Virus record (IMG/VR): IMGVR_UViG_3300033150_000870
Span: 4,329 to 68,328 of that record
Reading direction: 5' to 3' (one strand)
Source: a virus
DNA: 64,000 nt
Under the pieces are notes generated by a model. The model searched no databases. It was given only the letters and a program-made list of their open reading frames with translations, and was not told the origin of the DNA. Of the stretch, positions 1 through 10,339 are shown piece by piece. The position numbers and the translations under genes were made by a program. Numbering within the stretch: position 1 is the first letter of the stretch; each line of letters opens with the position of its first letter.

Positions 1-68
1 AGTGTAATCACTAGCGCGACAGACTATATAATCCGCCCACTTACATAACTTTGCAGTTTTCTTTTCAC

Positions 69-455
69 TCATGCTTTTTTCACCACCTCAACTTGTCCAT
101 TTCTTAATACCCATAATAATCCCCAACTTGATAGCCCCTTTTTCCTCAAATGACTCTCCAATATCACCTTTCGAGGACTGATGAAATACTTTTTTGCGCC
201 AAAGGGATAATGCCGATATTGTCGTAGCCTTCGTTTATCATTAAAATCCTCATATGAAACCTTTGCCTCTATTATATACCATTTCGTCCCGAATGTGGAT
301 TTTTTTGCGCCAACAACATCCATTATCACTTTCACTTTTTTGGTGGGAGAAAGCCGTATCATCTTTGGAACTTCGTATTGAACCAACCAGCATCCTTTTC
401 GGCGCAAAAATTCAATCGCCTTTTTTTCCAGTGTTTCGTGGGTGATATTATTCAT
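69..455 (-). CDS. PD-(D/E)xK nuclease-like protein (Hjc/MmcB-like)
   Basis: Motif spacing E..MDVVG...IIEAKVS; short basic protein. Confidence 0.6.
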   Translation of the reverse strand: MNNITHETLEKKAIEFLRRKGCWLVQYEVPKMIRLSPTKKVKVIMDVVGAKKSTFGTKWYIIEAKVSYEDFNDKRRLRQYRHYPFGAKKYFISPRKVILESHLRKKGLSSWGLLWVLRNGQVEVVKKA

Positions 456-744
456 TATATTTCGCCAATATTTCCTTAATCTTTGATTTTATATATAACT
501 TTTCTTCATCTTTGTATCCATTCGGGATAGTTTCGAGGAAAGTCATAAGAGTAGGATGGATGGAATTTACATCACCTTTTTTACATATTGGACATTTGCC
601 TCTTGAGATATAGATAAGTTCGGTGCCGGGTAATCGTAATCGTCGTGGATGTTTTTCTTTCACACAATTGAAACAGATAAAATACACGAATACATCAATA
701 TTTCTTTTTTCGAGATTAATCTTTTCTGATTCAGGTACTACCAT
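448..744 (-). CDS. Small zinc-finger protein
   Basis: CFNC...CPIC; ORF overlaps both neighbours. Confidence 0.6.
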   Translation of the reverse strand: MVVPESEKINLEKRNIDVFVYFICFNCVKEKHPRRLRLPGTELIYISRGKCPICKKGDVNSIHPTLMTFLETIPNGYKDEEKLYIKSKIKEILAKYNE

Positions 745-1441
745 CCCATAGCCCCCATACTATTTTTTTCCAATTTTGATATATTTTATGATCATTAGTT
801 CCAACTTCTCTTAATGAAAGGATAAAGTCTCCAATACTGGTATAATTTTTCTTGATTTCGGCGATTCGTTTAGGGCCCAGTTGCGGAAGCCCGGCTAAAA
901 AGAAGTTTCTATGATCTTCCAAATTATCAGTCTGTGGTTTCTTTGCTCTGATCCGATCCGGGTATGGGTCTTTATATAATGACTGCGCAAGCAAATGGAT
1001 GGCATACTTCGTTTGAGATATATCTTCTACTTGAAAGACTTTGATTCCCTTTCGGATATGTCGCAGAACAGAGCCCATAAAGAGATTGATTGTTGCGCCC
1101 TTGATCCATTGTTTTGCTTTTGAGAATCTTCCTTCTATGATGAGGATTGTGCATTCATTTCCGTATTCAGATAGCATATTATTGAGTTGTTCTTGTAATC
1201 GTAGTTCCATAAGTGATTTTATATAATCTGAAATTTCCTTTCGTTCAATACAATAAACTTTATCCTCGTATTTTAACAAGAAATCTCCGAATTTTAGTGC
1301 TTCGATTGAAACTTTATATTGATATTCTGGAGGTTTGCCTTTATTTTTTAGTCTAGTTTCCACATTTTTTCCAAGAAAATAAGATTTAAAGTCCAACTTT
1401 TTCTTTTCTCTACTATCGATTTTTATTTCTATCTCCTTCAT
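731..1441 (-). CDS. ERCC4/XPF-family structure-specific nuclease with C-terminal HhH
   Basis: IDSRE, GDF, IERKEISD, IIEG motifs; HhH-like LPQLGPK. Confidence 0.9.
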   Translation of the reverse strand: MKEIEIKIDSREKKKLDFKSYFLGKNVETRLKNKGKPPEYQYKVSIEALKFGDFLLKYEDKVYCIERKEISDYIKSLMELRLQEQLNNMLSEYGNECTILIIEGRFSKAKQWIKGATINLFMGSVLRHIRKGIKVFQVEDISQTKYAIHLLAQSLYKDPYPDRIRAKKPQTDNLEDHRNFFLAGLPQLGPKRIAEIKKNYTSIGDFILSLREVGTNDHKIYQNWKKIVWGLWDGST

Positions 1442-1593
1442 TTTTTTCTCACTAAAAGTCCGTCTAAATATAATCCCACTATCTTTTCAACAAATTTTCG
1501 TATTGATTCTTCTTCCGGATGATTTTTTAAATAAAGTTTGATTCTGTTGTATAATGCCAAATCAATTCTTACTGGTTTTGTGGGGATTCTCAT
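1438..1593 (-). CDS. 51-aa ribbon-helix-helix-like protein (not in ORF track)
   Basis: Hand translation MRIPTKPVRIDLALYNRIKLYL...; its stop overlaps the ERCC4 start (ATGA). Confidence 0.55.
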   Translation of the reverse strand: MRIPTKPVRIDLALYNRIKLYLKNHPEEESIRKFVEKIVGLYLDGLLVRKK

Positions 1594-1621
1594 ACGGCAT
1601 TATATATGACTATAATATTAT

Positions 1622-3340
1622 TTAAAAATATCGTTTTCTTCGGAAATTTCGTTTGAATCCCAATGCTTCTGAGGTAAGTTGATAATTACTTTTTCGTTTC
1701 CTTCGGATTGCTTTATATACAATAATATCATCATATTCGGCGCCGGCACTGGTGGGTAATGCACAAAGACATGCTAATGCGAGAGAATCCGGGAAATCGT
1801 CGTGATATAGTAGTTCATCGGGATTGCCGGGTTGATGGTGGTATTTTATTTTTTTATCCACAGTGACATCCTTTACCAATCCCTTGAGCTGAAGTATTAA
1901 CGGCTCGAAGTTTGGTATTGTGATCAAGTTATGTTCAAACAGCCTTTCGAGATTTCCATACATCGCCATCTTATCACTAATACTAAACCCAATGCCATCA
2001 ACCGGGTAGCCTTCAAATTGCATTTCTTGTACATACTGTGTTCCTATACTATTCTTATCTACAAACCATCGTCTTATATTAAAAAGAGTATGCAAGCTTT
2101 TCATCATCCGTGATACTTCTTTTATGCTTCTCTTATTATCATACCAGATATATACTACCTTCACTTTTGGTTCTCGATACTCCACTATCGTTATGACACT
2201 GTAATCCCTTCCAACCCCAGCTGCAATATCTATCCCACCATAATATTCAATATCACTACTTTGGGCGCAAGAAATAAAATCATAATATTGCACGGCGGAA
2301 TCAACTAAACTTGATGGAAATGCAGCTCCTTCAATCTCATCAAATAATGCTAAATATTCTCGTTCAAAATAATTTTTACCTTTTTTCATTTCTTTTTTTA
2401 ATCTTCTTATATCAACTTGTGGAAATCCTACCCATAATGTTAATTCTTCCCCAGATTCATGAATTTTCTGTTCTTCGGCTTCTAATCTTGATAATAATAA
2501 TCTTCCTATATATCGTTTTTCTTCGTCTAATATTACTCTCCAACCTCGATATTTTCTTTGCGCCGAAATAATTTCCCACTCTTCTTTTACTACAACTTTA
2601 ATTTTTTGGAATGTATGAAGCCCAACTGCTGATGGATAGTGATGCGCTGAATAACCATCATCCGGATCTATTTCTTCATTCTTTTTTATTATCATATCTT
2701 TTGGATATATATCGAATGATCTCCATTTTGCTTCTGGGATAGTATGGGTAATAAATGCACTTGAAAAACATCGATAAAAATGATTTAACTTCCCAAAAGG
2801 GGTACCCAATAATATGCTTGATCCCGCAGTTGATAATAATGATGGCATTAACGCCTCAAAAACCTTATCCGGGATGAATGCAGCTTCTTCAAATATAACT
2901 TCTGATAATGGAAATCCTCTTGCAGTATCACCCGTTTGTCCTACCGGAAAAAATCCGAATTCACTACCATTTCTAAACTTAGTTCCACTTACTTTTGGTT
3001 TATCTACTATGGCATCATATAATATAGGATTTCTTTCTAAATAATTTATTGCATAATCATATAAATGCTTAGATTGTCTTTCACTTGGCGCAAAAATCAA
3101 TATCCCGAACTCTGGCATTGTTATAGCATTATAAACACATCGTTTTGAAATAATACTTGACTTACCACACTGTCTTCCCAATACTACTACAATATCTTCG
3201 TGGTTATCTTTAATGATAGGTTCTTGATACCAATGATCCATCTCGCCGAAAAAGAATAATCCGAACAGAGTTGGGTCTCCAAATATTCGGCGCCGATCTT
3301 TTTCAGAAATAGTAGAAATTGCATCGTGATCTATTATCAT
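1622..3340 (-). CDS. terL: Terminase large subunit
   Basis: Walker A GRQCGKS, Walker B VIFEEAAF, coupling motif GTP, nuclease motifs GGIDIA and HDDFPDSLALA. Confidence 0.95.
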   Translation of the reverse strand: MIIDHDAISTISEKDRRRIFGDPTLFGLFFFGEMDHWYQEPIIKDNHEDIVVVLGRQCGKSSIISKRCVYNAITMPEFGILIFAPSERQSKHLYDYAINYLERNPILYDAIVDKPKVSGTKFRNGSEFGFFPVGQTGDTARGFPLSEVIFEEAAFIPDKVFEALMPSLLSTAGSSILLGTPFGKLNHFYRCFSSAFITHTIPEAKWRSFDIYPKDMIIKKNEEIDPDDGYSAHHYPSAVGLHTFQKIKVVVKEEWEIISAQRKYRGWRVILDEEKRYIGRLLLSRLEAEEQKIHESGEELTLWVGFPQVDIRRLKKEMKKGKNYFEREYLALFDEIEGAAFPSSLVDSAVQYYDFISCAQSSDIEYYGGIDIAAGVGRDYSVITIVEYREPKVKVVYIWYDNKRSIKEVSRMMKSLHTLFNIRRWFVDKNSIGTQYVQEMQFEGYPVDGIGFSISDKMAMYGNLERLFEHNLITIPNFEPLILQLKGLVKDVTVDKKIKYHHQPGNPDELLYHDDFPDSLALACLCALPTSAGAEYDDIIVYKAIRRKRKSNYQLTSEALGFKRNFRRKRYF

Positions 3341-3933
3341 TCTGATACCTCTTCCATTAATTTAAATATATCTTTTGGTTTTTCTTTTTGTTTTTTAGGC
3401 ATTCCAAGCTTATCCATATATTTTATGATTTGTTCATGGATTCGTTTGTCATAAACTGTAATTTTTTCTTGTTCGGCAGTTCGCATTCCAAAAGCATTTT
3501 CAAATCTCCATGCACGATCTTTTCTTATTAACGATCTTATCAGCTCATCAGTTAGTATTTCTCGTGTGGGATCAGTGTGTATATCATCATAGGCGGATTC
3601 AATTTGACTCCATAGATTATTATACATTTCTACTTCAATTGAACATATAGAATTTTCGGAAAAGAATTGGCAGTGTTCTTGTAAGTCGCAATTATCACAT
3701 TTAAGAAATTTCATTTTGCGATTAATAATAGCTTTTTTTATTGTAGAATCAATTTTTCCGCCATGTTTTTCGCATCTACCAGAATCATCGACTGGTATTC
3801 TACGACATGGTTTTAATTCTGGGCCCACTGGGTATCCACAAATTTCATATCCAAGTTGGGATTCTATAACTTTAATAAGATCGAGATAAACATCATCCCA
3901 CTCTGGTAAAGGATTAGATACCATAATCTTCAT
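3337..3933 (-). CDS. Putative terminase small subunit with HGG-type zinc domain
   Basis: CG...CRR...RCEKHGG plus a second Cys cluster; directly upstream of and overlapping terL. Confidence 0.65.
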   Translation of the reverse strand: MKIMVSNPLPEWDDVYLDLIKVIESQLGYEICGYPVGPELKPCRRIPVDDSGRCEKHGGKIDSTIKKAIINRKMKFLKCDNCDLQEHCQFFSENSICSIEVEMYNNLWSQIESAYDDIHTDPTREILTDELIRSLIRKDRAWRFENAFGMRTAEQEKITVYDKRIHEQIIKYMDKLGMPKKQKEKPKDIFKLMEEVSE

Positions 3934-4156
3934 CTCTTATATTTACTACTTTTTTTGGTGTATTTTCTTCGAGAAGTCGTAATTCGATTCTATCTTGAAA
4001 TCTTATTGCTTCGAGTTCATTCACTTGTAAAAACGGATCATCATCTCCCAAAAATAAGGATGCTTTCAAAAATGTTTGTCGAGTTCGTCTTCTTCCTTCT
4101 TTTTTTTGTAAAGTTATAATTGCAGTCGATAATATCATATCATTATTTCGAGCCAT
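3914..4156 (-). CDS. Small hypothetical protein (possible AbrB-like regulator)
   Basis: First gene of the leftward operon; beta-rich. Confidence 0.4.
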   Translation of the reverse strand: MARNNDMILSTAIITLQKKEGRRRTRQTFLKASLFLGDDDPFLQVNELEAIRFQDRIELRLLEENTPKKVVNIRDEDYGI

Positions 4157-4263
4157 AAATTTCTACACCATTATTTATTATAATATTATCATTCATTTTG
4201 GGTTTTGAACATTCTCTAATAAAAGTCTGTATCAGTTTCCTTTTTAAATACTTTCCATAAATT

Positions 4264-5808
4264 TTGTTATTGATGAACGAGGATTTCTACTATCCAATTG
4301 TTTTGCGCCGAAATAAATCGAGAAAGAGAGGACATTTCTTAGAGGATATTGAAAAAACCGACGGATTTAACTTGGCGGAATATATAGCCACAAACGAGGA
4401 ATACATTAAAATTAAAATTGAAGAAAAATTATACGAACTGGATAAAAAGAATTATATTACAGAGATCGACAATCAATTAAATAAAATAATAAAAGAAATA
4501 AAAAATAATGATGACCGAACCTTAAAATTTGAAGCAAAAAAATTAATCCACCTTCGAGAATCCTATTATGTTTTAAGATCGAGATATAATAACTTCAATG
4601 AAGGACACTACATTCGGGAGCACCCCGATAGATTTGATGTCTTCTCCGAAATTTACAAAAAACATCCCTTAGTTAATACCGGCATCTATGCAACTGTATT
4701 TTCGGTTCTTCAGCCCGGCTATAATATAGAAATTGATAGTAAAAAAGGTAAGCAAGTTATAGAAGATTTCATAAATGACCCGGAAATACATTTTATCGAA
4801 TTCCTCCAGAATGTCCTTATAGATTATCTCGTTTATGGTAATGCATATATTGAGATAGTAGAATATGAATCGGACATCATTGATCTTGTTTTAATCCCCC
4901 CTGAATGGATGTTCGTAGATTGTGATGCACACGGAAATATATATGCATACTACGAATTTTCACCCTACGGACAAAACATCTATATGCCGGATGAAATAAT
5001 ACATTGGAAACGACTCGGAAGACGAGAACCCTACGGAGAATCCATCATAAAACCTCTTATTGATCCAGTGCGCAGAAATCTTGATGTTTGGGAAGATGCC
5101 ATCACTTGTCTCCATCAATATGGGGCGCCGAGAATCTTATGGACAATCGGTAATAAGGATATGCCAAAATTTAGCAAGGATTATATCAAATCATTCAAAA
5201 ACGAGGTAGTGACTGCGGGTATCGATTCAGATATTTTTGCGCCCTATGGTATAGATGGGAAGCCGATAGATACAAGGAGTGCGATAATCGACTATAATGC
5301 ATATTTGAACAAGATAGATTTGGATATAATAGCCGGTATAAAGGTTCCGCCAGTTACATTTGCGAGAGGAGATATAAGAGGAGAGACTGCTACCGAGTCA
5401 TTGGAAGACTTTGATAAGAGAAATGAAACTCTTCAGAAGTTATTGTCGATTAATGTATTGATCCCGATATTTACGCGTTTATTGGAGCTAAAAGGTATTA
5501 TGTATAAGAAAAGGTTGAACATCCATTGGAATAAATTTGAGAGGATAGAAAAATCAAAACGAGAACAGAATATTGTTAAATTAAAAGAAGCTGGCATATT
5601 AACTCCGAATGAGGCGCGAAGGAAAATAGGAATTACAACGCCGATTATGTTTAAGAATCCGATAACAAAGGATATTGATAAAGAGTATGGAGATTATGCT
5701 CAGCCAAGAGCTTCGGGAGCCGGAGGTTTAGGAGTAACTTCTCCTCCAGCCTTCAAAGGCAAACCGATAGCCTCTATATCACAACAAACTCAAAAAGGTG
5801 AGAAATAA
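4264..5808 (+). CDS. Portal protein
   Basis: DYLVYGNAYIEI, EIIHWK, PYGESII and LTPNEARR portal motifs. Confidence 0.93.
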   Translation: MLLMNEDFYYPIVLRRNKSRKRGHFLEDIEKTDGFNLAEYIATNEEYIKIKIEEKLYELDKKNYITEIDNQLNKIIKEIKNNDDRTLKFEAKKLIHLRESYYVLRSRYNNFNEGHYIREHPDRFDVFSEIYKKHPLVNTGIYATVFSVLQPGYNIEIDSKKGKQVIEDFINDPEIHFIEFLQNVLIDYLVYGNAYIEIVEYESDIIDLVLIPPEWMFVDCDAHGNIYAYYEFSPYGQNIYMPDEIIHWKRLGRREPYGESIIKPLIDPVRRNLDVWEDAITCLHQYGAPRILWTIGNKDMPKFSKDYIKSFKNEVVTAGIDSDIFAPYGIDGKPIDTRSAIIDYNAYLNKIDLDIIAGIKVPPVTFARGDIRGETATESLEDFDKRNETLQKLLSINVLIPIFTRLLELKGIMYKKRLNIHWNKFERIEKSKREQNIVKLKEAGILTPNEARRKIGITTPIMFKNPITKDIDKEYGDYAQPRASGAGGLGVTSPPAFKGKPIASISQQTQKGEK

Positions 5809-6003
5809 ATGGCAAGACCGTTAAAAGGAAAAGAAAAAAGAGTTCATGATGACAAGCCAAATTTAGATAAGAGAATTTCCCGGCACAACACCGGCGGTGG
5901 AACAATGAAATACGGAAAGCATATCTCTTCACTAAATCGTGGTTCAAATGTTTCTCGTGATCCAAAATCAATCCAACGAGACGGAAAATTACTACAAAAA
6001 TGA
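5809..6003 (+). CDS. Small basic protein (possible DNA-condensing virion protein)
   Basis: K/R-rich, preceded by GGTGA, located in the head module. Confidence 0.5.
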   Translation: MARPLKGKEKRVHDDKPNLDKRISRHNTGGGTMKYGKHISSLNRGSNVSRDPKSIQRDGKLLQK

Positions 6004-6017
6004 GGTGATCCCCACCA

Positions 6018-7292
6018 ATGCCCGAAAAACTACAAAGATGCTATGAAAAAGTTTTGGCGCAGATGCTTGACAGAGGAATGGATAGAGAAAAAGCCGATCA
6101 AGCTGCGCGAGCAATTTGTGTCAAATCAACCGGCTTAAAATGGCAGAGACATACATCACTTACACAAGTTCCAATTCAAGAAGTCGGAATTTCAAAGGAA
6201 GAAGAAAATAGATATGTATATTTAGCTGGCATTGCATTGAGAGAAACAGTATCCCGGAATCATATCAATTATAGGAAGGAAGTGCTGAAAAAAGGCTATC
6301 ATACCCTTGAAGGTAAAAAAGTGTTTCCTAATCATAACTATGACCAAGTTCCCGTAGGAAAAGTCGTATATTCCGGGTATCGTGAATCCGAAGATGGAAA
6401 GGGAGAAATAGAATTTGTGATGGAAATTGATAGTAATATAGACCAAAAGATCGTAAATGCCATTGAATCGGGGTACATTAATTCAGTATCTATCGGCGCC
6501 GATGGTGGAGAGCTGATTTGTGATATATGTAATCGAAGGCTCGCAGAGTGTAAGCATATACCCGGCAAGAAATATATAATTGAAGGAGAGGAAGTAATAG
6601 CAACTGCGTCCCCTACTAAACTCGAATTCAAGGAGTTATCCCTCGTGTATTTTATGCCGGGAATCGAGGGAGCAACCATATTTCAAGCTGATGAATATAT
6701 ACCTCAATTAAAAGAAATTATAGATAAAAAAATTGTAAAGGGTGATAAAATGTCCGAAAATATTGATATGTTGAAAGGAGAAATAGAAGCCTTAACTAAA
6801 CAAAACCAAGATCTAAAGACCAAATATACGGAAGTATTAGAAAAGTTGAAACAGATGGAAGACATTGAAAAGAAACGACAAGAAGCAGAACGAAAAAAAC
6901 TGATAAACGAAGTAATCAAACTTGAAACCGAATTGTATCCAGAGAAATATCCGGCAGATAACATCCCGGAACGAGCAAAAGAGTATTACGAGAACGACAA
7001 ATACACAACTGACTATCTCGAAGGAATGATATTACACTTAAAAAAAGAGATCGAATCTCGGAAGGAGCTGGAAATGCTAAAAGAAAAAGTATCGCCGAAA
7101 TCCTATACAATACAACCACCTACTAACCAATCCCAATTATCAGAAGAAGAACGAAAAATCAAGGAAATACAAGAGATAAAACGACTTATCGAAAGAAAAC
7201 TAAAGATAAATAAACCACTTGACCCGAAATTTAAAGAATATATGTATATGCATGGACTTTATATAAAGGTAGAAGGTGATAAAGTATGGTAA
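6018..7292 (+). CDS. Prohead protease/scaffold fusion
   Basis: NH..VPVGKV, SVSIG, CDIC..CKHIPGKKY and FKELSLV motifs, followed by a coiled coil; internal GGTGA+ATG at 6750. Confidence 0.85.
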   Translation: MPEKLQRCYEKVLAQMLDRGMDREKADQAARAICVKSTGLKWQRHTSLTQVPIQEVGISKEEENRYVYLAGIALRETVSRNHINYRKEVLKKGYHTLEGKKVFPNHNYDQVPVGKVVYSGYRESEDGKGEIEFVMEIDSNIDQKIVNAIESGYINSVSIGADGGELICDICNRRLAECKHIPGKKYIIEGEEVIATASPTKLEFKELSLVYFMPGIEGATIFQADEYIPQLKEIIDKKIVKGDKMSENIDMLKGEIEALTKQNQDLKTKYTEVLEKLKQMEDIEKKRQEAERKKLINEVIKLETELYPEKYPADNIPERAKEYYENDKYTTDYLEGMILHLKKEIESRKELEMLKEKVSPKSYTIQPPTNQSQLSEEERKIKEIQEIKRLIERKLKINKPLDPKFKEYMYMHGLYIKVEGDKVW

Positions 7293-7831
7293 GTGCAAAC
7301 AATGAAATTTGGCAATGGGATACTGGGTATAGTCCCTACGGCGAGGGCGAGATAAATAATCAAGCAACATGGACATTCATTGCTGGCAACACGATCCAAA
7401 AATATGATGTTGTATTCTTAGATGACAGTGGTGAATCATGGCAATATCCTAAATCAGATTCAATTCCTTTTGTTGGCGCATGTGGTGGTACTGCAACTGA
7501 TCATAAGAAAGCACTTGGTATAGCTCTAAATGCAGCTGATTCTGGAGAAAATGTTTCAGTATTATGCTTTGGAGAACGAATAGCAATTCTAAAAACCAAT
7601 AAAGCTATCAATGCTGGTAAATGGGTGCGCCCAAGCACCGGTCAAAACAATGAAAAACGAGGATGTGTCTATGAATGTGGTACTGGAGATGTCCTAACAA
7701 TCGGCTTAGCATTAAACTCAGTGTCTGCACCATCAACACCCGGAACAGGTACCGTATCCGATCCTTATAATTTCCGACCCGTAGCAGTATTATTGAATAG
7801 CTTTGGGTCTATAGATTCATTAAATACTTAA
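7286..7831 (+). CDS. Capsid cement/decoration protein (DUF2190-like)
   Basis: ALGIALNAADSGENVSV and IGLAL repeats; lies between protease and MCP. Confidence 0.7.
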   Translation: MVSANNEIWQWDTGYSPYGEGEINNQATWTFIAGNTIQKYDVVFLDDSGESWQYPKSDSIPFVGACGGTATDHKKALGIALNAADSGENVSVLCFGERIAILKTNKAINAGKWVRPSTGQNNEKRGCVYECGTGDVLTIGLALNSVSAPSTPGTGTVSDPYNFRPVAVLLNSFGSIDSLNT

Positions 7832-7841
7832 GGTGATGTGA

Positions 7842-8795
7842 ATGTCTGAAGTGTCAGTTAATATTTGGATTCCAGATGAAATGTATAAAATGGAATATAA
7901 GCCAGTCACTACAAACCTAAAAGAATACTACAATCCATACACCATAGAACTACCGGAACTCAGAGAAATTATGTCAAGAGCTACTGATAACTATTCATAC
8001 TTGGTACCCGAAGTCATTGCAGAAAGAATATATGAATCAGCGTTTCCAAAATTAGTAGCACGACAACTATTAGAGTTAGTAACATTCAAAGGAACTACAT
8101 ATACACTACAAAAGGGTGTCGAAGATAGCATACAAGCAACCGTAATATCAGAAGGCACTGCACCACCAATCTCCGAAGAAAGATTCACTGAAGAAACCGT
8201 CACTCCCGAAAAATTGGGAACCAGAATTGAAATAACCCAAGAAGCCATTGAAGATGCTCGAATTGATCTCCTACCACGACAAATTAGGTTAGCTGGCGAA
8301 GCACTCGCAAAACTCGAAAATCAACGAATACTAAATGTTATTACCGCTAATGGAACTTCATATAGTGGTTCGGCGCCAATAACACTCGACCAAATTCTCG
8401 ATATGATCACTACAATCGATGCACAAGGATGGGAAGCAGACACTATAGTAATGCACCCATACCAATACAGAGAACTTATGAAGACTGATGATTGGAAGGA
8501 TGCAAACGATCACTATCAAGCAAATTCAAGTTATGTTGAACAGATGCTTCGCGGTCAAAAAGGAAGACTGTGGGGTATGCTTGATGTGTTAGTAACAACC
8601 ACCATCTCCGCCGGAACAGTAATTGTCATTGATAGAAAAGTGGCGGGAATAATTGCGCAAAACCGAGCTATAACCGCAAAAAGATACGAAGATACAATCA
8701 GAGATACTTCTGGTTATCTTGTGACAGAACGATTAAAAGCAAAAATAATTTGGTCAAATGCAATCGTCGTAGGTAGTGGCTTTTCAACCTCGTAA
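7842..8795 (+). CDS. Major capsid protein, HK97 fold
   Basis: LVPEVI, ISEG, KLGTRIEITQEAIED and IVMHP motifs; followed by an oligo-T tract. Confidence 0.93.
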   Translation: MSEVSVNIWIPDEMYKMEYKPVTTNLKEYYNPYTIELPELREIMSRATDNYSYLVPEVIAERIYESAFPKLVARQLLELVTFKGTTYTLQKGVEDSIQATVISEGTAPPISEERFTEETVTPEKLGTRIEITQEAIEDARIDLLPRQIRLAGEALAKLENQRILNVITANGTSYSGSAPITLDQILDMITTIDAQGWEADTIVMHPYQYRELMKTDDWKDANDHYQANSSYVEQMLRGQKGRLWGMLDVLVTTTISAGTVIVIDRKVAGIIAQNRAITAKRYEDTIRDTSGYLVTERLKAKIIWSNAIVVGSGFSTS

Positions 8796-8796
8796 A

Positions 8797-8824
8797 TTTT
8801 TTAGTTTATTTTTTTTATTTTTTT
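8797..8824 (+). terminator. Archaeal oligo-T terminator after the MCP gene
   Basis: Long T-runs immediately after the stop codon. Confidence 0.55.
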
Positions 8825-8850
8825 CATTTATCCCAGTAAAGGTGTAGGAT

Positions 8851-9291
8851 ATGGCTAATGATCCCACTGCTGAGGATATTATGCGAGTAAGATATAGATT
8901 GAATACAGTCGGAGATACATCCTCCATATTATCAGATGAGAAGATTTCAGTATTTTGGAAAGAAATAATAGCCGAGATTGAAGCAGAGTGTGGAATCGAT
9001 TTTGATAATACCAATGAACTCCACTTGGCAACTGCAGCTGATGGTGTGGCAACTATGGTATTAACAGACCTCATAGGAAGAGCATTTGAAGCTACCTCAA
9101 TACAACTTGGCGACCTACGAGTCGATGAACAAGGGTTAAACTGGAATGTGGGAGTGTTTGAAGCTGCGCGAAATACTTTATACCGCCGATATGAAGCCCG
9201 AAAAATGCTTCTAACAAGTGGAAACTACGCCGTGTCATTCCCCAAATATACAAAGAGTATAAGAACAAGTCTAAGTAAGATAGGTAAATAA
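8851..9291 (+). CDS. Head-tail adaptor-like protein
   Basis: Position after MCP; RVRY...GD...LSDE N-terminus and SIQLGDLRV. Confidence 0.65.
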   Translation: MANDPTAEDIMRVRYRLNTVGDTSSILSDEKISVFWKEIIAEIEAECGIDFDNTNELHLATAADGVATMVLTDLIGRAFEATSIQLGDLRVDEQGLNWNVGVFEAARNTLYRRYEARKMLLTSGNYAVSFPKYTKSIRTSLSKIGK

Positions 9292-9292
9292 G

Positions 9293-9772
9293 ATGGTCGT
9301 CACTACTAAAAATTTGGCTGTTTTTCTGCGCCGAAAATTATTATATTTCCTCCAAAAAGTCGGTAAGATTTATACTCTCAAGCATTTTACTGGGTATAAA
9401 GAGGATACTGCATATACGATTGATGATGATTATGGGTTAGTGAATAGGATGAATTATGGCTCGAATGATATTTATGAGTATGATACATATTATGTTTGGG
9501 GGTTTATAATATCAGATAATCAGCCACAGAGAGAACAGAGATGGATGAGAACAATAATAGGTGATGTGGAGTATGCGCGAGAGATTGTGTATTTATATCC
9601 ATATGAGACTGGTGGAACTGAACTTATTAGAGGACAGCACATAAACTCAGACGACCAAATATTTGATGATTATAATAATGAATTTGTATTAGATACTTGT
9701 TATGCTTACAGAATTGAAAATGAAATTGTATATTATAAATGTGATATTAAACCAAAATTAGATAAAAAATAA
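9293..9772 (+). CDS. Head closure-like protein
   Basis: Position after the adaptor; beta-rich. Confidence 0.5.
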   Translation: MVVTTKNLAVFLRRKLLYFLQKVGKIYTLKHFTGYKEDTAYTIDDDYGLVNRMNYGSNDIYEYDTYYVWGFIISDNQPQREQRWMRTIIGDVEYAREIVYLYPYETGGTELIRGQHINSDDQIFDDYNNEFVLDTCYAYRIENEIVYYKCDIKPKLDKK

Positions 9773-9776
9773 ATAG

Positions 9777-9995
9777 GTGATTAAAATAGCACGAAGAAAA
9801 AGAACTACAAGGAAAAAAAAGCCACCCTTAGGTACTGGTCAAAGATTCAATCAACTTAAAAGGCAACTCTCAAAAAAAGGAGTAAAAAACCCCGAAGCGC
9901 TAGCAGCTTGGATAGGTCGCAAAAAATACGGCAAAACACGATACCAAAAACTAGCAGCTAAGGGTCGGCGCCGAAAATCAAGAAAGAGGTCGTGA
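9777..9995 (+). CDS. Very basic small virion protein (probable true start ATA at 9786)
   Basis: LGTGQRF...NPEALAAWIGRKKYG; the GTG called by the track lies inside the GGTGA SD. Confidence 0.65.
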   Translation: MIKIARRKRTTRKKKPPLGTGQRFNQLKRQLSKKGVKNPEALAAWIGRKKYGKTRYQKLAAKGRRRKSRKRS

Positions 9996-9998
9996 TAG

Positions 9999-10334
9999 AT
10001 GAAGGGATATGACCCAGTAGAAAAAGAGCATGTATATATATCGGGAATAAAGTTTTCAAATAATTATGGGTTACTAAATGTAGCATCTGCTGGAGAATTT
10101 TCAACGATAATGGGAGATACTAATGAGCATACAATAAAAGATAGTGCGGGAGTATTACTACGAGTATGGATTCCGACTGCATTAAATGGTTCTGTATATA
10201 TTACCCTTGATGGTTCATCTGGAAATTTATCAAGTGGCACTTCGGGAGTCATAGAATTAGGAATAATATTCCATCAACATTTGAAAGTAAGATTAACAAA
10301 TTCGGCGGATGCAGTAATAATTATATATAGGTGA
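9999..10334 (+). CDS. Putative virion structural protein
   Basis: Beta-rich with SG/TG content; head module. Confidence 0.5.
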   Translation: MKGYDPVEKEHVYISGIKFSNNYGLLNVASAGEFSTIMGDTNEHTIKDSAGVLLRVWIPTALNGSVYITLDGSSGNLSSGTSGVIELGIIFHQHLKVRLTNSADAVIIIYR

Positions 10335-10339
10335 TGAAA

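Noticed and set aside
2430-2760. TerL insertion as an intein or BHB intron
   Set aside because: No C/S...HN intein ends; my attempted pairing of the flanks gave no 3-4-3 geometry; the frame is open.
6052-6060. TTTTGGCGC as a eukaryotic E2F site
   Set aside because: It is one variant of the genome-wide GCGC motif and lies mostly inside coding regions, not promoters.
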